Shown: positions 28,152 to 37,864 of the stretch, one piece after another
Layout of the letters: every line of letters begins with the position of its first letter
Numbering within the stretch: position 1 is the first letter of the stretch
Source of the DNA: Endomicrobiales bacterium
GTDB taxonomy: Bacteria; Elusimicrobiota; Endomicrobiia; Endomicrobiales; JAFGIL01
Direction of reading: 5' to 3'
NCBI GenBank assembly: GCA_016929635.1
Contig: JAFGIL010000067.1
Span: 6,010 to 70,009, forward strand
DNA: 64,000 nt
The notes under the pieces: generated by a model
What the model was told of the DNA's origin: nothing
What the model saw: the letters and a program-made list of their open reading frames with translations, nothing else
Databases searched by the model: none
Translations under genes and position numbers: made by a program

Positions 28152-28188
28152 ATTTTTGCTGCAGAATTTGCTTTATTTCAGGGTGTCA

Positions 28189-28217
28189 ATTATACAAAAA
28201 AATGAAAATCTTTTCAA
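28189..28217 (-). promoter_or_regulatory. Host sigma70 promoter of the tRNA locus
   Basis: TTGAAA-N17-TATAAT on the minus strand, ~40 bp upstream of the right tRNA copy. Confidence 0.8.
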
Positions 28218-28298
28218 TTATCAGCAAGAATTTGTAATATTAATACTATTCTTTATTTATTGTATTTTCAATACTTTCTGATTTGACGAGTCTTATAA

Positions 28299-29657
28299 TT
28301 ATGTAATCTTATATTTAGTCAGCAACCTGTACAATTTAGCTCTGCTTAAGCCCAAAGACTTTGCGGTGTCCACTTTGTTCTGCTTGAACTCATTTAATGT
28401 TTCAATTAAAACGTTTTTTTCGAAATCTTCAACCAGTTTTTTCATGCTCTTTTTGTCAACCGGGGAAAAAGCTGTCTTTGGCTGGGAACTAAACTCCAAA
28501 GGAAGGTCCTGCGGCATGATTGTTTCGCCTGATGATATGATTATGGCACGCTCGATTATGTTTGCAAGCTCCCTGATATTGCCGGGCCAGTCATATTTCA
28601 TTAAAATGTCAATTGATTCTTTTTTTACTTTCTTCTTTGTTGTGGTTGTTACCTTACTGTTTGCAATAAAATGGTTAACCAAAATGGGTATATCCTCTCT
28701 TCTTTCCCTTAAAGGCGGCAGATGAACCGGAAAGACATTAAGCCTGTAGAAAAGGTCTTTCCTGAAACTTCCCTTGCTCACCTCTTCCTTTAAATCCCTG
28801 TTGGTAGCGGCAATAATCCGAACGTCAACCTTAATCTCCTTGTTGCTTCCCAGCCTCCTGAAATTCTGAGTCTCTATAATACGCAATAACTTTGACTGAA
28901 GAGACATTGGCATCTCTCCAATCTCATCAATGAACAACGTGCCTCCGTCAGCCACTTCGAACAATCCTCTTTTTACCGTCGAAGCGTCCGTATATGCACC
29001 TTTTTCATGGCCGAAAAGTTCGTTCTCCAGCAGGTTCTCGGGGATGGATGCACAGTCAACTATCAGGAACGATTTATCGGACCTTAAACTGCCTTTATGG
29101 ATTGCGCGCGCTGCAAGCTCTTTACCTGTACCGCTTTCCCCTGTTATAAGCACAAGTGAAGGCGTTTTTGCGACTTTTTCTATCAGGCCAAAAATCTGTT
29201 TTATCTTATCGCTTTTTCCCACCATCTCAAAATATTTGTCTTTCAGCTGCAGCTCTTCTTTTAAAAATATGTTTTCTTTGTTGATAAGCTTTTTTTCGTA
29301 AGCTTTATGGATAATAACTTCCAGCTCATCAAGGCTTATCGGCTTGGTCAGATAATCGTAACATCCTGTCTTCATGGATTCGATTGCGGTAGGCACGTCA
29401 GCCTGGCCCGTAAGTATAATAAACTCGGAAAGGGTGTTGTGCTGTTTTAATTTTTTCAGCAGCTCAAGCCCGTTAATGTCCGGCAACCCTATGTCAATAA
29501 CGCCAACGTCAAACTCCTTATGCTCAACAGCGCGGATTACGTCTTTTCCTTTTTCAAACAGTTCAACGTCGTATTTCTCGACCGGAAAGGATTTTTTCAT
29601 AAGCTTAAGGAACTGGGTCTCGTCATCAACTATAAAGAGAGATATTTTCTTAGCCAT
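28299..29657 (-). CDS. NtrC-family sigma54-dependent response regulator (REC-AAA+-HTH)
   Basis: REC 'IVDDE'; 'GESGTGKE'; 'ELFGHEKGAYTDA'; 'LFIDEIGE'; 'FRKDLFYRLNV'; 'WPGNIREL'; Fis-type HTH. Confidence 0.95.
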   Translation of the reverse strand: MAKKISLFIVDDETQFLKLMKKSFPVEKYDVELFEKGKDVIRAVEHKEFDVGVIDIGLPDINGLELLKKLKQHNTLSEFIILTGQADVPTAIESMKTGCYDYLTKPISLDELEVIIHKAYEKKLINKENIFLKEELQLKDKYFEMVGKSDKIKQIFGLIEKVAKTPSLVLITGESGTGKELAARAIHKGSLRSDKSFLIVDCASIPENLLENELFGHEKGAYTDASTVKRGLFEVADGGTLFIDEIGEMPMSLQSKLLRIIETQNFRRLGSNKEIKVDVRIIAATNRDLKEEVSKGSFRKDLFYRLNVFPVHLPPLRERREDIPILVNHFIANSKVTTTTKKKVKKESIDILMKYDWPGNIRELANIIERAIIISSGETIMPQDLPLEFSSQPKTAFSPVDKKSMKKLVEDFEKNVLIETLNEFKQNKVDTAKSLGLSRAKLYRLLTKYKIT

Positions 29658-31293
29658 TAGTATCTCCTGTCAGTTTTTTTATTTTTTCGTCAACCTCATC
29701 CATGGTAAAAGGCTTCTCCAGAAACTCATACTGGCTTTCCTTCTTAAAAGCTTTTATAATTTCGCTGTTTTCTATGCCAGTACTGATAATAATCTTGGTA
29801 TGAGGCGAATGTGTTTTGATTTCATCTATCACTTCCGTACCCTTTACTCCGGGCATAATGTAATCGAGAAACACTATATGATAAATCTCATTCTTTATCA
29901 TTTTAAGGGCTTCTTTTGCCGATTCGGAATCCTTAACTTTATAGCCTTTCTTTTCAAGATGTTTAACCAGCAGTTTTCTTATGTTTACCTCATCATCAAC
30001 GACAAGGATGTTCAGCGGCCCGGGCCCCAGGATTTCTTTCTTCTTCCTTGCTTCGTTTTTTCCTTCCTCACTCCTTGTTTCATCCTTTTTAACCTCGGGT
30101 AAAAAAATCCTGACCGTACTACCATGCCCCTGCTTGCTGGCAAATTCAATTCTTCCGCCCTGATTCTGCACGATTCCATAGACTACAAACAAACCCAGTC
30201 CTCTTCCCTCTACGGAACCTTCCCCCAAAGAGCCTTTCGTTGTATAAAAAGGCTCAAAAATCCTGGGCAGGTCTTCCTTTGGGATGCCTTTTCCGGTATC
30301 AGCAAAGCTTATCTCAATATTATCGTGATCTTTCTTTACAGATACGGTCAAAGCCCCTCCGTCCGGCAGCAACGCATCACGGGCGTTCATTATTATATGT
30401 AAAAATGCCTGCTGCATCTCTGCCTTGTTTACAAAAGCAAACTGGTCCTTTTCGTATTTTCTCTTTATCTCGATATTCCTTTTAGTAAACTGCCTCTCCA
30501 TAAGGACTAATACGCTGTCTGCCAAATCACTTACAATACATAACTCTTTCTCTTTTTTATCCTGTTTTGAAAAAGCCAGCAGGTTCTTTACGATTTTAGA
30601 AGCTTCTGCCGTAGTTTCCAGGATTATTTCCAGAGCCTCCCGTATATCTTCGGGCTTATTGGTTTTATTTGCATGTTTTGCGTACCCGTCTATTATCTGA
30701 AGCATGTTGTTAAACTCATGAGCCACACCGCTTGCCAGGGTCCCTATACCGGCCATTTTTTCGTTTTGAATCAAACGTATTCTATAGAGTTCTTTTTCCT
30801 TCTGTGCAAATTTTCTCTGTTCTTCGACATTAATCGCCAAAGAAATGATATCCAGCGCTCTCTTGTCTTCTTCGCTGAGAGAACTGTCTTTCTTATAAAA
30901 AACACCCAAAACCCCCGGGCTTTTATCGGGATGCTTCACTTTAACTCCGGCAAAAGCATTAAAATTATTCTCTTTGATAAAAACATCGTTCTTTACATAT
31001 GATGTTTTAGAAAGATTATTAATTACCTGTATCGTTTCGGTTTTTGATTTTATTAAATTATTAAAAATATTGTTATCGGTATCGAACCGGCATGTAAAAC
31101 CTTTAGGAAGATTCCAGTGTGCCTGCAAATTAAGAGTATTCCCGTTTGGGTGCAGGTATAAAGAACAATCACTCTTAAGCAACTCCCCGCATAAACCAAC
31201 CAGGGTGTTTATGTTTTTATCCGGGTTAGCTCCAAGAGTTACCAGGCATTCGTTTATTTTATGAATTTTATCCTGTATGACTGTTTTCCCCAT
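29650..31293 (-). CDS. Hybrid sensor histidine kinase (GAF-HisKA-HATPase-REC)
   Basis: 'GVAHEFNN', 'NARDA', 'DTGKGI', 'FEPFYTTK', 'GLGL'; C-terminal receiver. Confidence 0.93.
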   Translation of the reverse strand: MGKTVIQDKIHKINECLVTLGANPDKNINTLVGLCGELLKSDCSLYLHPNGNTLNLQAHWNLPKGFTCRFDTDNNIFNNLIKSKTETIQVINNLSKTSYVKNDVFIKENNFNAFAGVKVKHPDKSPGVLGVFYKKDSSLSEEDKRALDIISLAINVEEQRKFAQKEKELYRIRLIQNEKMAGIGTLASGVAHEFNNMLQIIDGYAKHANKTNKPEDIREALEIILETTAEASKIVKNLLAFSKQDKKEKELCIVSDLADSVLVLMERQFTKRNIEIKRKYEKDQFAFVNKAEMQQAFLHIIMNARDALLPDGGALTVSVKKDHDNIEISFADTGKGIPKEDLPRIFEPFYTTKGSLGEGSVEGRGLGLFVVYGIVQNQGGRIEFASKQGHGSTVRIFLPEVKKDETRSEEGKNEARKKKEILGPGPLNILVVDDEVNIRKLLVKHLEKKGYKVKDSESAKEALKMIKNEIYHIVFLDYIMPGVKGTEVIDEIKTHSPHTKIIISTGIENSEIIKAFKKESQYEFLEKPFTMDEVDEKIKKLTGDTNG

Positions 31294-31368
31294 ATGAAGT
31301 ATATATTATTAGTTATATTTGTATATAGAATTAAACCAAAAAAATAGGAAAAAGGCAAATTGCTTTGG

Positions 31369-31397
31369 TTGACAAAGTATATCCTATTTAATAAAAT
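31369..31397 (+). promoter_or_regulatory. sigma70-type promoter
   Basis: TTGACA-N17-TAAAAT upstream of the rpoN-like gene. Confidence 0.75.
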
Positions 31398-31409
31398 TTA
31401 AAGGCTTAT

Positions 31410-32456
31410 TTGGAGGTCCGGGTGGAGTTTAGAAATAGATTAAGCAACAAACTTAAAACAAAGCAATCCTTTTACATTAAAATGGCTAATGTGATTGCTT
31501 TAAACGAGCATGATTTCAGCGAGCTTATAAAAAACATCGAACTTGACCCCCTCTTCGAAAAACTCCGGAGCTTAGGCGTTCTTAAACGACAGAAACACCG
31601 CAACTCTAGAATAGCCTCGGATTTCCTTGAATTTGACGACAACATCTTTCATCAGGGATCCGGCGACTCCGATATCAGCGAATTCATAGAAAAAAACAAG
31701 GATATCATTCCCGTAATAAAAAAGATGGGGATCGAGAAGTTCAAGAATTTGTTCTTATACAATGAAAATCCGGACATTGAAGAAATATCAAAAAACTGCA
31801 GCATCCCGGTCCCGATTGTTAAAAGAATAATGGGCCTTGTAAATAACGTTTTTGTAATCTCGGAGTTTTTTCATCCCTCAAAGATTGTCACACCGAATAT
31901 TGCATATACGAAAGTGGCAAAAATAGAAATAGACAAAAACCAGCTGTTCTGCGCATATTATATAACCCATATGGCCCAGGGAGGATATCTGGTAGATAGC
32001 GAAAAACTAAAAAAATTAAAACAAACATTAAAAACCGAAGACAAGCAACATCTTGAAAAAATTATTTCATCAATAAACCTGGCCAACCAGAGAAAATCCG
32101 TACTTCACAATATGATTTCTCTGCTTTCAGACAAACAGAAGGAGTTTTTTACAAAAGGTAGCATATCCGAACTTAAGGTTTTCACGGAAAAGGAGCTCGC
32201 GGAACAACTTGAGATTTCCAGAAGCTCTGTCTGCAGGACTTTGTACGCAAAGAGCATAGTAACGCCTCAAAACAAGGAAATCCCCATAAAGATGCTGCTG
32301 CCGAGCAAGAAAAGCCTTATTAAACATATACTGCGTGATGTTTTACGGGATAATTCCAAACATACTGATACACAGCTCAAGGAAAAGTTATTAAAGGAAT
32401 ACAACATCAGCGCGTCCAGGCGGCTTGTCTGCCAGTGCAGAAATGAAATTGGTTAA
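31410..32456 (+). CDS. Divergent, short sigma54 (RpoN)-like protein
   Basis: Region-I-like 'DFSELIKNIELDPLFE'; HTH 'FTEKELAEQLEISRSSVCR...K.I.TP'; 'TDTQL..KL' and RpoN-box-like 'SRRLVCQCRNE'; true start may be GTG 31422 (GGAGG RBS). Confidence 0.75.
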   Translation: MEVRVEFRNRLSNKLKTKQSFYIKMANVIALNEHDFSELIKNIELDPLFEKLRSLGVLKRQKHRNSRIASDFLEFDDNIFHQGSGDSDISEFIEKNKDIIPVIKKMGIEKFKNLFLYNENPDIEEISKNCSIPVPIVKRIMGLVNNVFVISEFFHPSKIVTPNIAYTKVAKIEIDKNQLFCAYYITHMAQGGYLVDSEKLKKLKQTLKTEDKQHLEKIISSINLANQRKSVLHNMISLLSDKQKEFFTKGSISELKVFTEKELAEQLEISRSSVCRTLYAKSIVTPQNKEIPIKMLLPSKKSLIKHILRDVLRDNSKHTDTQLKEKLLKEYNISASRRLVCQCRNEIG

Positions 32457-32486
32457 AGATTAAAAATAAAACTACAGGAGACACAG

Positions 32487-33383
32487 ATGAAAGTAAAATT
32501 ATTAGACACACTAATCAACTATCTGAAAACAATAGTCCTAAATGCTCCAAAAATATTCGGCATAATACTACTTATTGCAATCGTACATTATGCTGCAAAA
32601 TTTATTTTGCATAAAGTTGAAGGATACCTTATAGAAAAAGCCAAAGAAAAAGGGAAGCTTCCCAGGGAACAGGAAAAAAGGATACAGACAATAACAGGTA
32701 TTCTTAATAAGTTTATTTATCTGTCCATATGGTTTGTGGGATTTTTAATAATCCTGGGTGAAATCGGCATTAATATCGGCCCCATTCTTGCAAGCGTAGG
32801 GGTGCTGGGGCTGGCACTGAGCTTCGGAGCGCAAAACCTGGTAAGAGATTTAATAAGCGGCATCTTTATGCTATTAGAAAACCAGGTAAGGGTGGGAGAC
32901 GTTGCCATTATTAACGGCACCGGCGGTTTGGTAGAAAATATTAATTTAAGGACAATCATCCTAAGAGACCTTGCAGGAGTCGTACATGTTTTTCCCAACG
33001 GGAGCATAAACACATTATCAAACATGACCAAGGACTGGTCAGGATGGGTATTTGATATCGGAGTAGCATACAAAGAGAATACCGATAAAGTAATCGACAT
33101 CATAAAAAAAGTCGGCAAAGAGATGGAGGAAGATAAAGTGTTTGGAAGCAAAATCATCGAACCTCTGGAAATATTCGGACTTGATAAATTCGATGATTCT
33201 GCCATCGTTATTAAAGGGCGGCTGAAAACCTTGCCCATCGAACAATGGAACGTAGGCAGGGAGTTTAACAAAAGAATAAAAAATGTTTTCGATGAAAAAA
33301 ATATCGAAATACCTTTCCCTCACAGGAGTGTATATTTCGGGGAAGCGTCCAAGCCTATTGAAGTACTGCTGAAAAAGAAATAA
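32487..33383 (+). CDS. Small-conductance mechanosensitive channel (MscS/YbiO-like)
   Basis: 'LALSFGAQNLVRDLISG.F.L.ENQ.RVGD', 'FPNG.I', 'IEIPFP'. Confidence 0.95.
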   Translation: MKVKLLDTLINYLKTIVLNAPKIFGIILLIAIVHYAAKFILHKVEGYLIEKAKEKGKLPREQEKRIQTITGILNKFIYLSIWFVGFLIILGEIGINIGPILASVGVLGLALSFGAQNLVRDLISGIFMLLENQVRVGDVAIINGTGGLVENINLRTIILRDLAGVVHVFPNGSINTLSNMTKDWSGWVFDIGVAYKENTDKVIDIIKKVGKEMEEDKVFGSKIIEPLEIFGLDKFDDSAIVIKGRLKTLPIEQWNVGREFNKRIKNVFDEKNIEIPFPHRSVYFGEASKPIEVLLKKK

Positions 33384-35324
33384 TTGAGGAATATGAAAAA
33401 ACAGATAAAAGCGCCCTGCGGTTCATGGAAATCCCCTTTTACAGGAGAAAGCATAGTAAAAAAATCTATCGGTTTAAGCGAGATAAGAATCGATAACGGC
33501 TACCTTTACTGGCTGGAAATGAGGCCGACCGAAGGCGGAAGATACGTTATAGTAAAAAGCGACATAAAAGGGCAGACGCAAGATGCGATCCCGGAAGATT
33601 TTAACGCACGCACAAGAGTCCATGAATACGGCGGCGGCTCTTATTTAGTAAATAGGGAAATTATATACTTCTCCAATTTTAAAGACCAGCGCGTCTACAG
33701 GCTCTCGCCGAACAAAACACCCGTACCTATTACTCCTGACAAAAAGCTCCGTTATGCAGACGGGGTCTTTGACACCCTGCGAAACAAGATAATTTTCGTC
33801 AGGGAAGACCACACAAAGGCCGGCCGCGAGCCTGTTAACACCCTCGTAAGTTTAAATCCTGAAGAAGAAAATGCAGGTGATATTATCGCAGAAGGCAACG
33901 ACTTCTATTCTTCCCCCCGCATAGACCGGACATGTACTCATATTGCATGGCTGACATGGAAGCACCCAAACATGCCGTGGGACAGCACTGAGCTTTGGGC
34001 CGGAACATTGAACATGGATGGTTCCCTGAAAGAAAAAACGCTTGTTGCCGGAGGAAATAACGAATCTGTTTTCCAGCCCGGATGGTCGCATGATGGTGTG
34101 TTATACTTTATATCCGATAGAAGCGGATGGTGGAATCTGTACCGCTGGAAAAACGGCACAGTGGAGCCGTTATTTACAATAGACTGCGAGTTCGGAGTCC
34201 CTCAATGGATTTTCGGAATGAATACTTATTCATTTGTAAAAAAAGACAACATCATCTGCACTTACTACAAAGACGGCGCATGGAGGCTCGGGCTTCTTGA
34301 TCTGGTCTTTAAAAGGCTTAAAGACATTAAAGTCCCTTATACCAGCATTTCCTATCCCTGCTCCCTGGAGAACGATATATATTTTATCGGAGGTTCACCT
34401 GTAAAAAGCCCATCCATAGTACAGCTTCACCTGGGCACTCTGGGACATAAAACCCTAAGAAGTTCGTTAAATATAAAACTCAGCAAGCAGTCTATTTCCC
34501 AGCCGGAAGAAATCAGGTTCCCGACAAGCGACGGTGATATAGCCTTTGCTTATTTTTATAAACCAAGGAACGAAAAATATCTGCCGAAAAATAATGAAAA
34601 ACCACCTCTAATCGTAAAATCTCACGGAGGGCCTACCTCATGCGCAAGAACTTCCCTATCGCTTGAAACCCAGTACTGGACAAGCCGCGGTTTTGCTGTT
34701 GTTGATGTAAACTACAGAGGAAGCACATCATTCGGCAGAAAGTACCGGAATCTTCTTCAAAAAAAATGGGGAGTTTACGATGTGGATGACTGCATTAATG
34801 CTGCAAAATACCTTGTTAGTAAAGGTTTAGCGGATAAAAACCGGCTCATTATCAGGGGCGGCAGTGCGGGCGGCTACACCACTTTGTGCGCACTTACGTT
34901 TCATGATGTCTTCAAAGCCGGAGCAAGCTACTACGGGGTCAGTGACCTGGAAATTCTTGTAAGAGATACCCACAAATTCGAGTCCAGATACCTTGATAAG
35001 CTAATCGGGCCGTATCCTGAAAAGAAAAAGCTGTATCATGAACGTTCTCCAATATATCATACAGATAAATTGTCCTGCCCTTTGATTATACTCCAGGGCA
35101 TTGAAGATAAAATAGTGCCGGTAAACCAGGCAGAGTTAATCTACAAGGCTGTTCTGAAAAAAGGCCTGCCTGTAGCCTATATTACCTTCGAAGGCGAGCA
35201 GCACGGATTCAGGCAAGCAAAAAACATAAAACAGGCAATCGAATCAGAATTGTATTTTTACTCAAGGATATTTAAATTTAAAAGTCCGGATAAATTAAGC
35301 CCGATAGAAATAAAGAATATTTAA
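33384..35324 (+). CDS. S9 family (prolyl oligo/acylaminoacyl) peptidase
   Basis: 'GSWKSP' N-terminus, 'HGGPT', nucleophile 'GGSAGG', 'QGIEDKIV', 'GEQHGF'; start probably ATG 33393. Confidence 0.95.
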   Translation: MRNMKKQIKAPCGSWKSPFTGESIVKKSIGLSEIRIDNGYLYWLEMRPTEGGRYVIVKSDIKGQTQDAIPEDFNARTRVHEYGGGSYLVNREIIYFSNFKDQRVYRLSPNKTPVPITPDKKLRYADGVFDTLRNKIIFVREDHTKAGREPVNTLVSLNPEEENAGDIIAEGNDFYSSPRIDRTCTHIAWLTWKHPNMPWDSTELWAGTLNMDGSLKEKTLVAGGNNESVFQPGWSHDGVLYFISDRSGWWNLYRWKNGTVEPLFTIDCEFGVPQWIFGMNTYSFVKKDNIICTYYKDGAWRLGLLDLVFKRLKDIKVPYTSISYPCSLENDIYFIGGSPVKSPSIVQLHLGTLGHKTLRSSLNIKLSKQSISQPEEIRFPTSDGDIAFAYFYKPRNEKYLPKNNEKPPLIVKSHGGPTSCARTSLSLETQYWTSRGFAVVDVNYRGSTSFGRKYRNLLQKKWGVYDVDDCINAAKYLVSKGLADKNRLIIRGGSAGGYTTLCALTFHDVFKAGASYYGVSDLEILVRDTHKFESRYLDKLIGPYPEKKKLYHERSPIYHTDKLSCPLIILQGIEDKIVPVNQAELIYKAVLKKGLPVAYITFEGEQHGFRQAKNIKQAIESELYFYSRIFKFKSPDKLSPIEIKNI

Positions 35325-35334
35325 AGAGCGGGGT

Positions 35335-36519
35335 GTGTATATGCCAAAAGATCCAATTTGCGGAATGGAAGTAAGTGAATCTACAAACCTAAAAGTAGAA
35401 AAAGATTCAAAAACTTACTATTTCTGCAGCCGGCACTGCCTTGAAAAATTTATACAGCAGGAACATATAGAATACAAAAAGCCTGAAACAGAAACATGTC
35501 CTACCTGCGAGGTTCATGCAAATAAATGGTATAAGAATAAAACATTTACAGTAACGGCTATCCTTGTTTTTCTGGTTATCCTGTCCTATTTTTTTAACTT
35601 CCTAAAACCTTTCCGCATGTCATTATGGATGTACTTTAAAACCATATGGTGGGCGGTATTTTTGGGGCTTATTCTTGGAGGAATAATCGATTATTTTATC
35701 CCCAGGGAGTATATCTCTAAAATTCTGTCAAAACCCAAAAAGCGGACTATTTTTTATTCCGTATTTCTGGGATTTTTAATGAGCGCCTGCAGCCACGGAA
35801 TTCTTGCCCTTACAATTCAACTATATAAAAAAGGCGCATCAACACCGGCCGTGGTAAGCTTCTTGCTGGCAAGCCCGTGGGCAAACCTGCCCCTAACTTT
35901 GATAATGTTCGGATTTTTTGGATTTAAAGCATTTTTTATCATAATATCTGCTATAATAATTGCCGTAATCACGGGTTTACTGTTTCAACTTCTGGACAGC
36001 AGGAGTTTAATTGAGAAAAATCCTTATACTGTTGCGGTAAAAGAGGATTTTTCAATCATCGGCGACATGAAAGAAAGAACAGCAGCCTATAAATTTTCTT
36101 TTGCCCGGACCGTAAAAGACATCAAAGGCATAATTGACGGGAGTATTGCTTTATCAGATATGGTACTCTGGTGGATACTCATAGGTATGGGCCTTGCAAG
36201 CTTAGCAGCCGCTTACATACCTCAAAATGTATTTCAGCAGTACATGGGCCCGACTTTACTCGGCATCTGTATTACTTTGTTTGTGGCAACAATCCTTGAA
36301 GTCTGTTCTGAAGGAACAGCGCCGTTGGCTTTTGAAATATTCAGGCAAACGGGCGCTCTGGGAAACAGCTTTGTCTTTCTTATGGCCGGCGTTGTAACCG
36401 ATTATACGGAGATTGGGCTTTTATGGGCAAATATAGGAAGAAAAACCGCGATATGGATGCCGTTGATTACGGTGCCCCAGGTAATACTTCTGGGCATACT
36501 GGCTAATTTTTTATTTTAA
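35335..36519 (+). CDS. YHS domain + ArsP/DUF318-type permease
   Basis: YHS 'KDPICGM.V.....TYYFCS..C'; permease 'SACSHG', 'FLLASP', 'EVCSEG'; start probably ATG 35341. Confidence 0.88.
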   Translation: MYMPKDPICGMEVSESTNLKVEKDSKTYYFCSRHCLEKFIQQEHIEYKKPETETCPTCEVHANKWYKNKTFTVTAILVFLVILSYFFNFLKPFRMSLWMYFKTIWWAVFLGLILGGIIDYFIPREYISKILSKPKKRTIFYSVFLGFLMSACSHGILALTIQLYKKGASTPAVVSFLLASPWANLPLTLIMFGFFGFKAFFIIISAIIIAVITGLLFQLLDSRSLIEKNPYTVAVKEDFSIIGDMKERTAAYKFSFARTVKDIKGIIDGSIALSDMVLWWILIGMGLASLAAAYIPQNVFQQYMGPTLLGICITLFVATILEVCSEGTAPLAFEIFRQTGALGNSFVFLMAGVVTDYTEIGLLWANIGRKTAIWMPLITVPQVILLGILANFLF

Positions 36520-36545
36520 TAAATTGAAAGGAGCAATGACGACAA

Positions 36546-37844
36546 ATGAAAACTTTTATTCTTGACACAAATGTTCTGATTCATGACCCGAACTCTATTT
36601 CCTCGTTTTCCGACAACCTTGTAATAATTCCCATGGCTGTAATCGAAGAACTTGACGGGCTTAAACGTTCCCGCGACGAACGAGGACGGAGCGTAAGACT
36701 GGTTATCAGAAAACTTAACGAACTCCGGGCGAAAGGCAGATTCTCAGAAGGAATAAAACTTGATAACGGCGGTATACTAAAAATAGAACTCGACTATCAC
36801 GAGAGGCTGCCGTACGAGTTTATTACATCAAAGATGGACCATCGCATTTTAGGCACGGGATTAAAATTACAGGAAAAAAACGGCAAAGTAATACTTATTA
36901 CCAAAGATATAAACCTTCGTATAAAAGCAGAAGCCCTTAGGCTTGAGACCCAGGATTATGAAAAACTGAAGGTCAAAGTTGAAACCCTTTATAACGGCTG
37001 GCGCGAGATAACAATGAAAACAGACCAGATCGACGACTTTTATAAAAACAAAAAGCTGGCAGTCAAAGATGATTTCATTGCTAACGAGGGCGTATCCATA
37101 AGGGATGAATCAGGAAGTTCTAAGAGTGCACTTGCAAAATATAATCCGGACGACAAGACCCTGATACCCCTTACATACATAAATGCACATCCATGGAACA
37201 TAAAACCGCTTAACATCGAACAGCGGTTCGCGGTTGAACTTCTGCTGGATGACAGCATAGCACTGGTAACTCTAATCGGAGTGCCCGGTGCAGGAAAGAC
37301 GCTTTTATCGCTTGCATGCGGCCTGCAAAAGACCATTGAAGAGAACATATTTCGCCGCTTGTTCATTGCACGCCCCATCGTGCCAATGGGCAGGGACATA
37401 GGATTTCTTCCAGGCACTAAAGAAGAAAAACTTACGTCCTGGATGGGTGCTATTTACGATAACCTGGAGTTTCTTTTGAACCGTTTCGACCCCAAACAAA
37501 AAAGCGAAGAGACAATCCAGTATCTGACTGATACTAAAAAAATCGAAATCGAAGCGCTTACATTCATACGCGGCAGGTCATTGCCAAAGCAGTATATCAT
37601 TATCGATGACGCCCAGAACCTTACGCCGCATGAAATTAAAACAATTATCTCGCGCGCAGGGCTTGGCACAAAGATAGTCCTCACGGGAGATCCTTACCAG
37701 ATAGACAACCCGTACCTTGACGTAGCTTCGAACGGACTTACTTATCTGGTTGAAAATTTCAAAGGCCAAAAAACATTCGGGCATATAAATTTCAAAAAGA
37801 GCGAGCGCAGCAACCTGGCTGCATTGGCTTCAGAACTGTTATAA
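36546..37844 (+). CDS. PIN-PhoH family protein (PhoH2/YlaK-like)
   Basis: PIN 'ILDTNVLIHDP', 'TKDINLR'; Walker A 'GVPGAGKT'; 'IRGRS', 'DDAQN', 'GDP.QID'. Confidence 0.95.
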   Translation: MKTFILDTNVLIHDPNSISSFSDNLVIIPMAVIEELDGLKRSRDERGRSVRLVIRKLNELRAKGRFSEGIKLDNGGILKIELDYHERLPYEFITSKMDHRILGTGLKLQEKNGKVILITKDINLRIKAEALRLETQDYEKLKVKVETLYNGWREITMKTDQIDDFYKNKKLAVKDDFIANEGVSIRDESGSSKSALAKYNPDDKTLIPLTYINAHPWNIKPLNIEQRFAVELLLDDSIALVTLIGVPGAGKTLLSLACGLQKTIEENIFRRLFIARPIVPMGRDIGFLPGTKEEKLTSWMGAIYDNLEFLLNRFDPKQKSEETIQYLTDTKKIEIEALTFIRGRSLPKQYIIIDDAQNLTPHEIKTIISRAGLGTKIVLTGDPYQIDNPYLDVASNGLTYLVENFKGQKTFGHINFKKSERSNLAALASELL

Positions 37845-37864
37845 CTGCACTAGAAAAATACGAA

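Larger units (their letters stand above)
5131..28161. mobile_element. tRNA-Arg-integrated ~23 kb genomic island (tyrosine integrase element)
   Basis: Identical 74-bp direct repeats at 5131-5204 and 28088-28161; Int and Xis at left end; paired arm-type repeats inside both ends; visibly more AT-rich than flanks; all credible genes on the minus strand. Confidence 0.95.
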
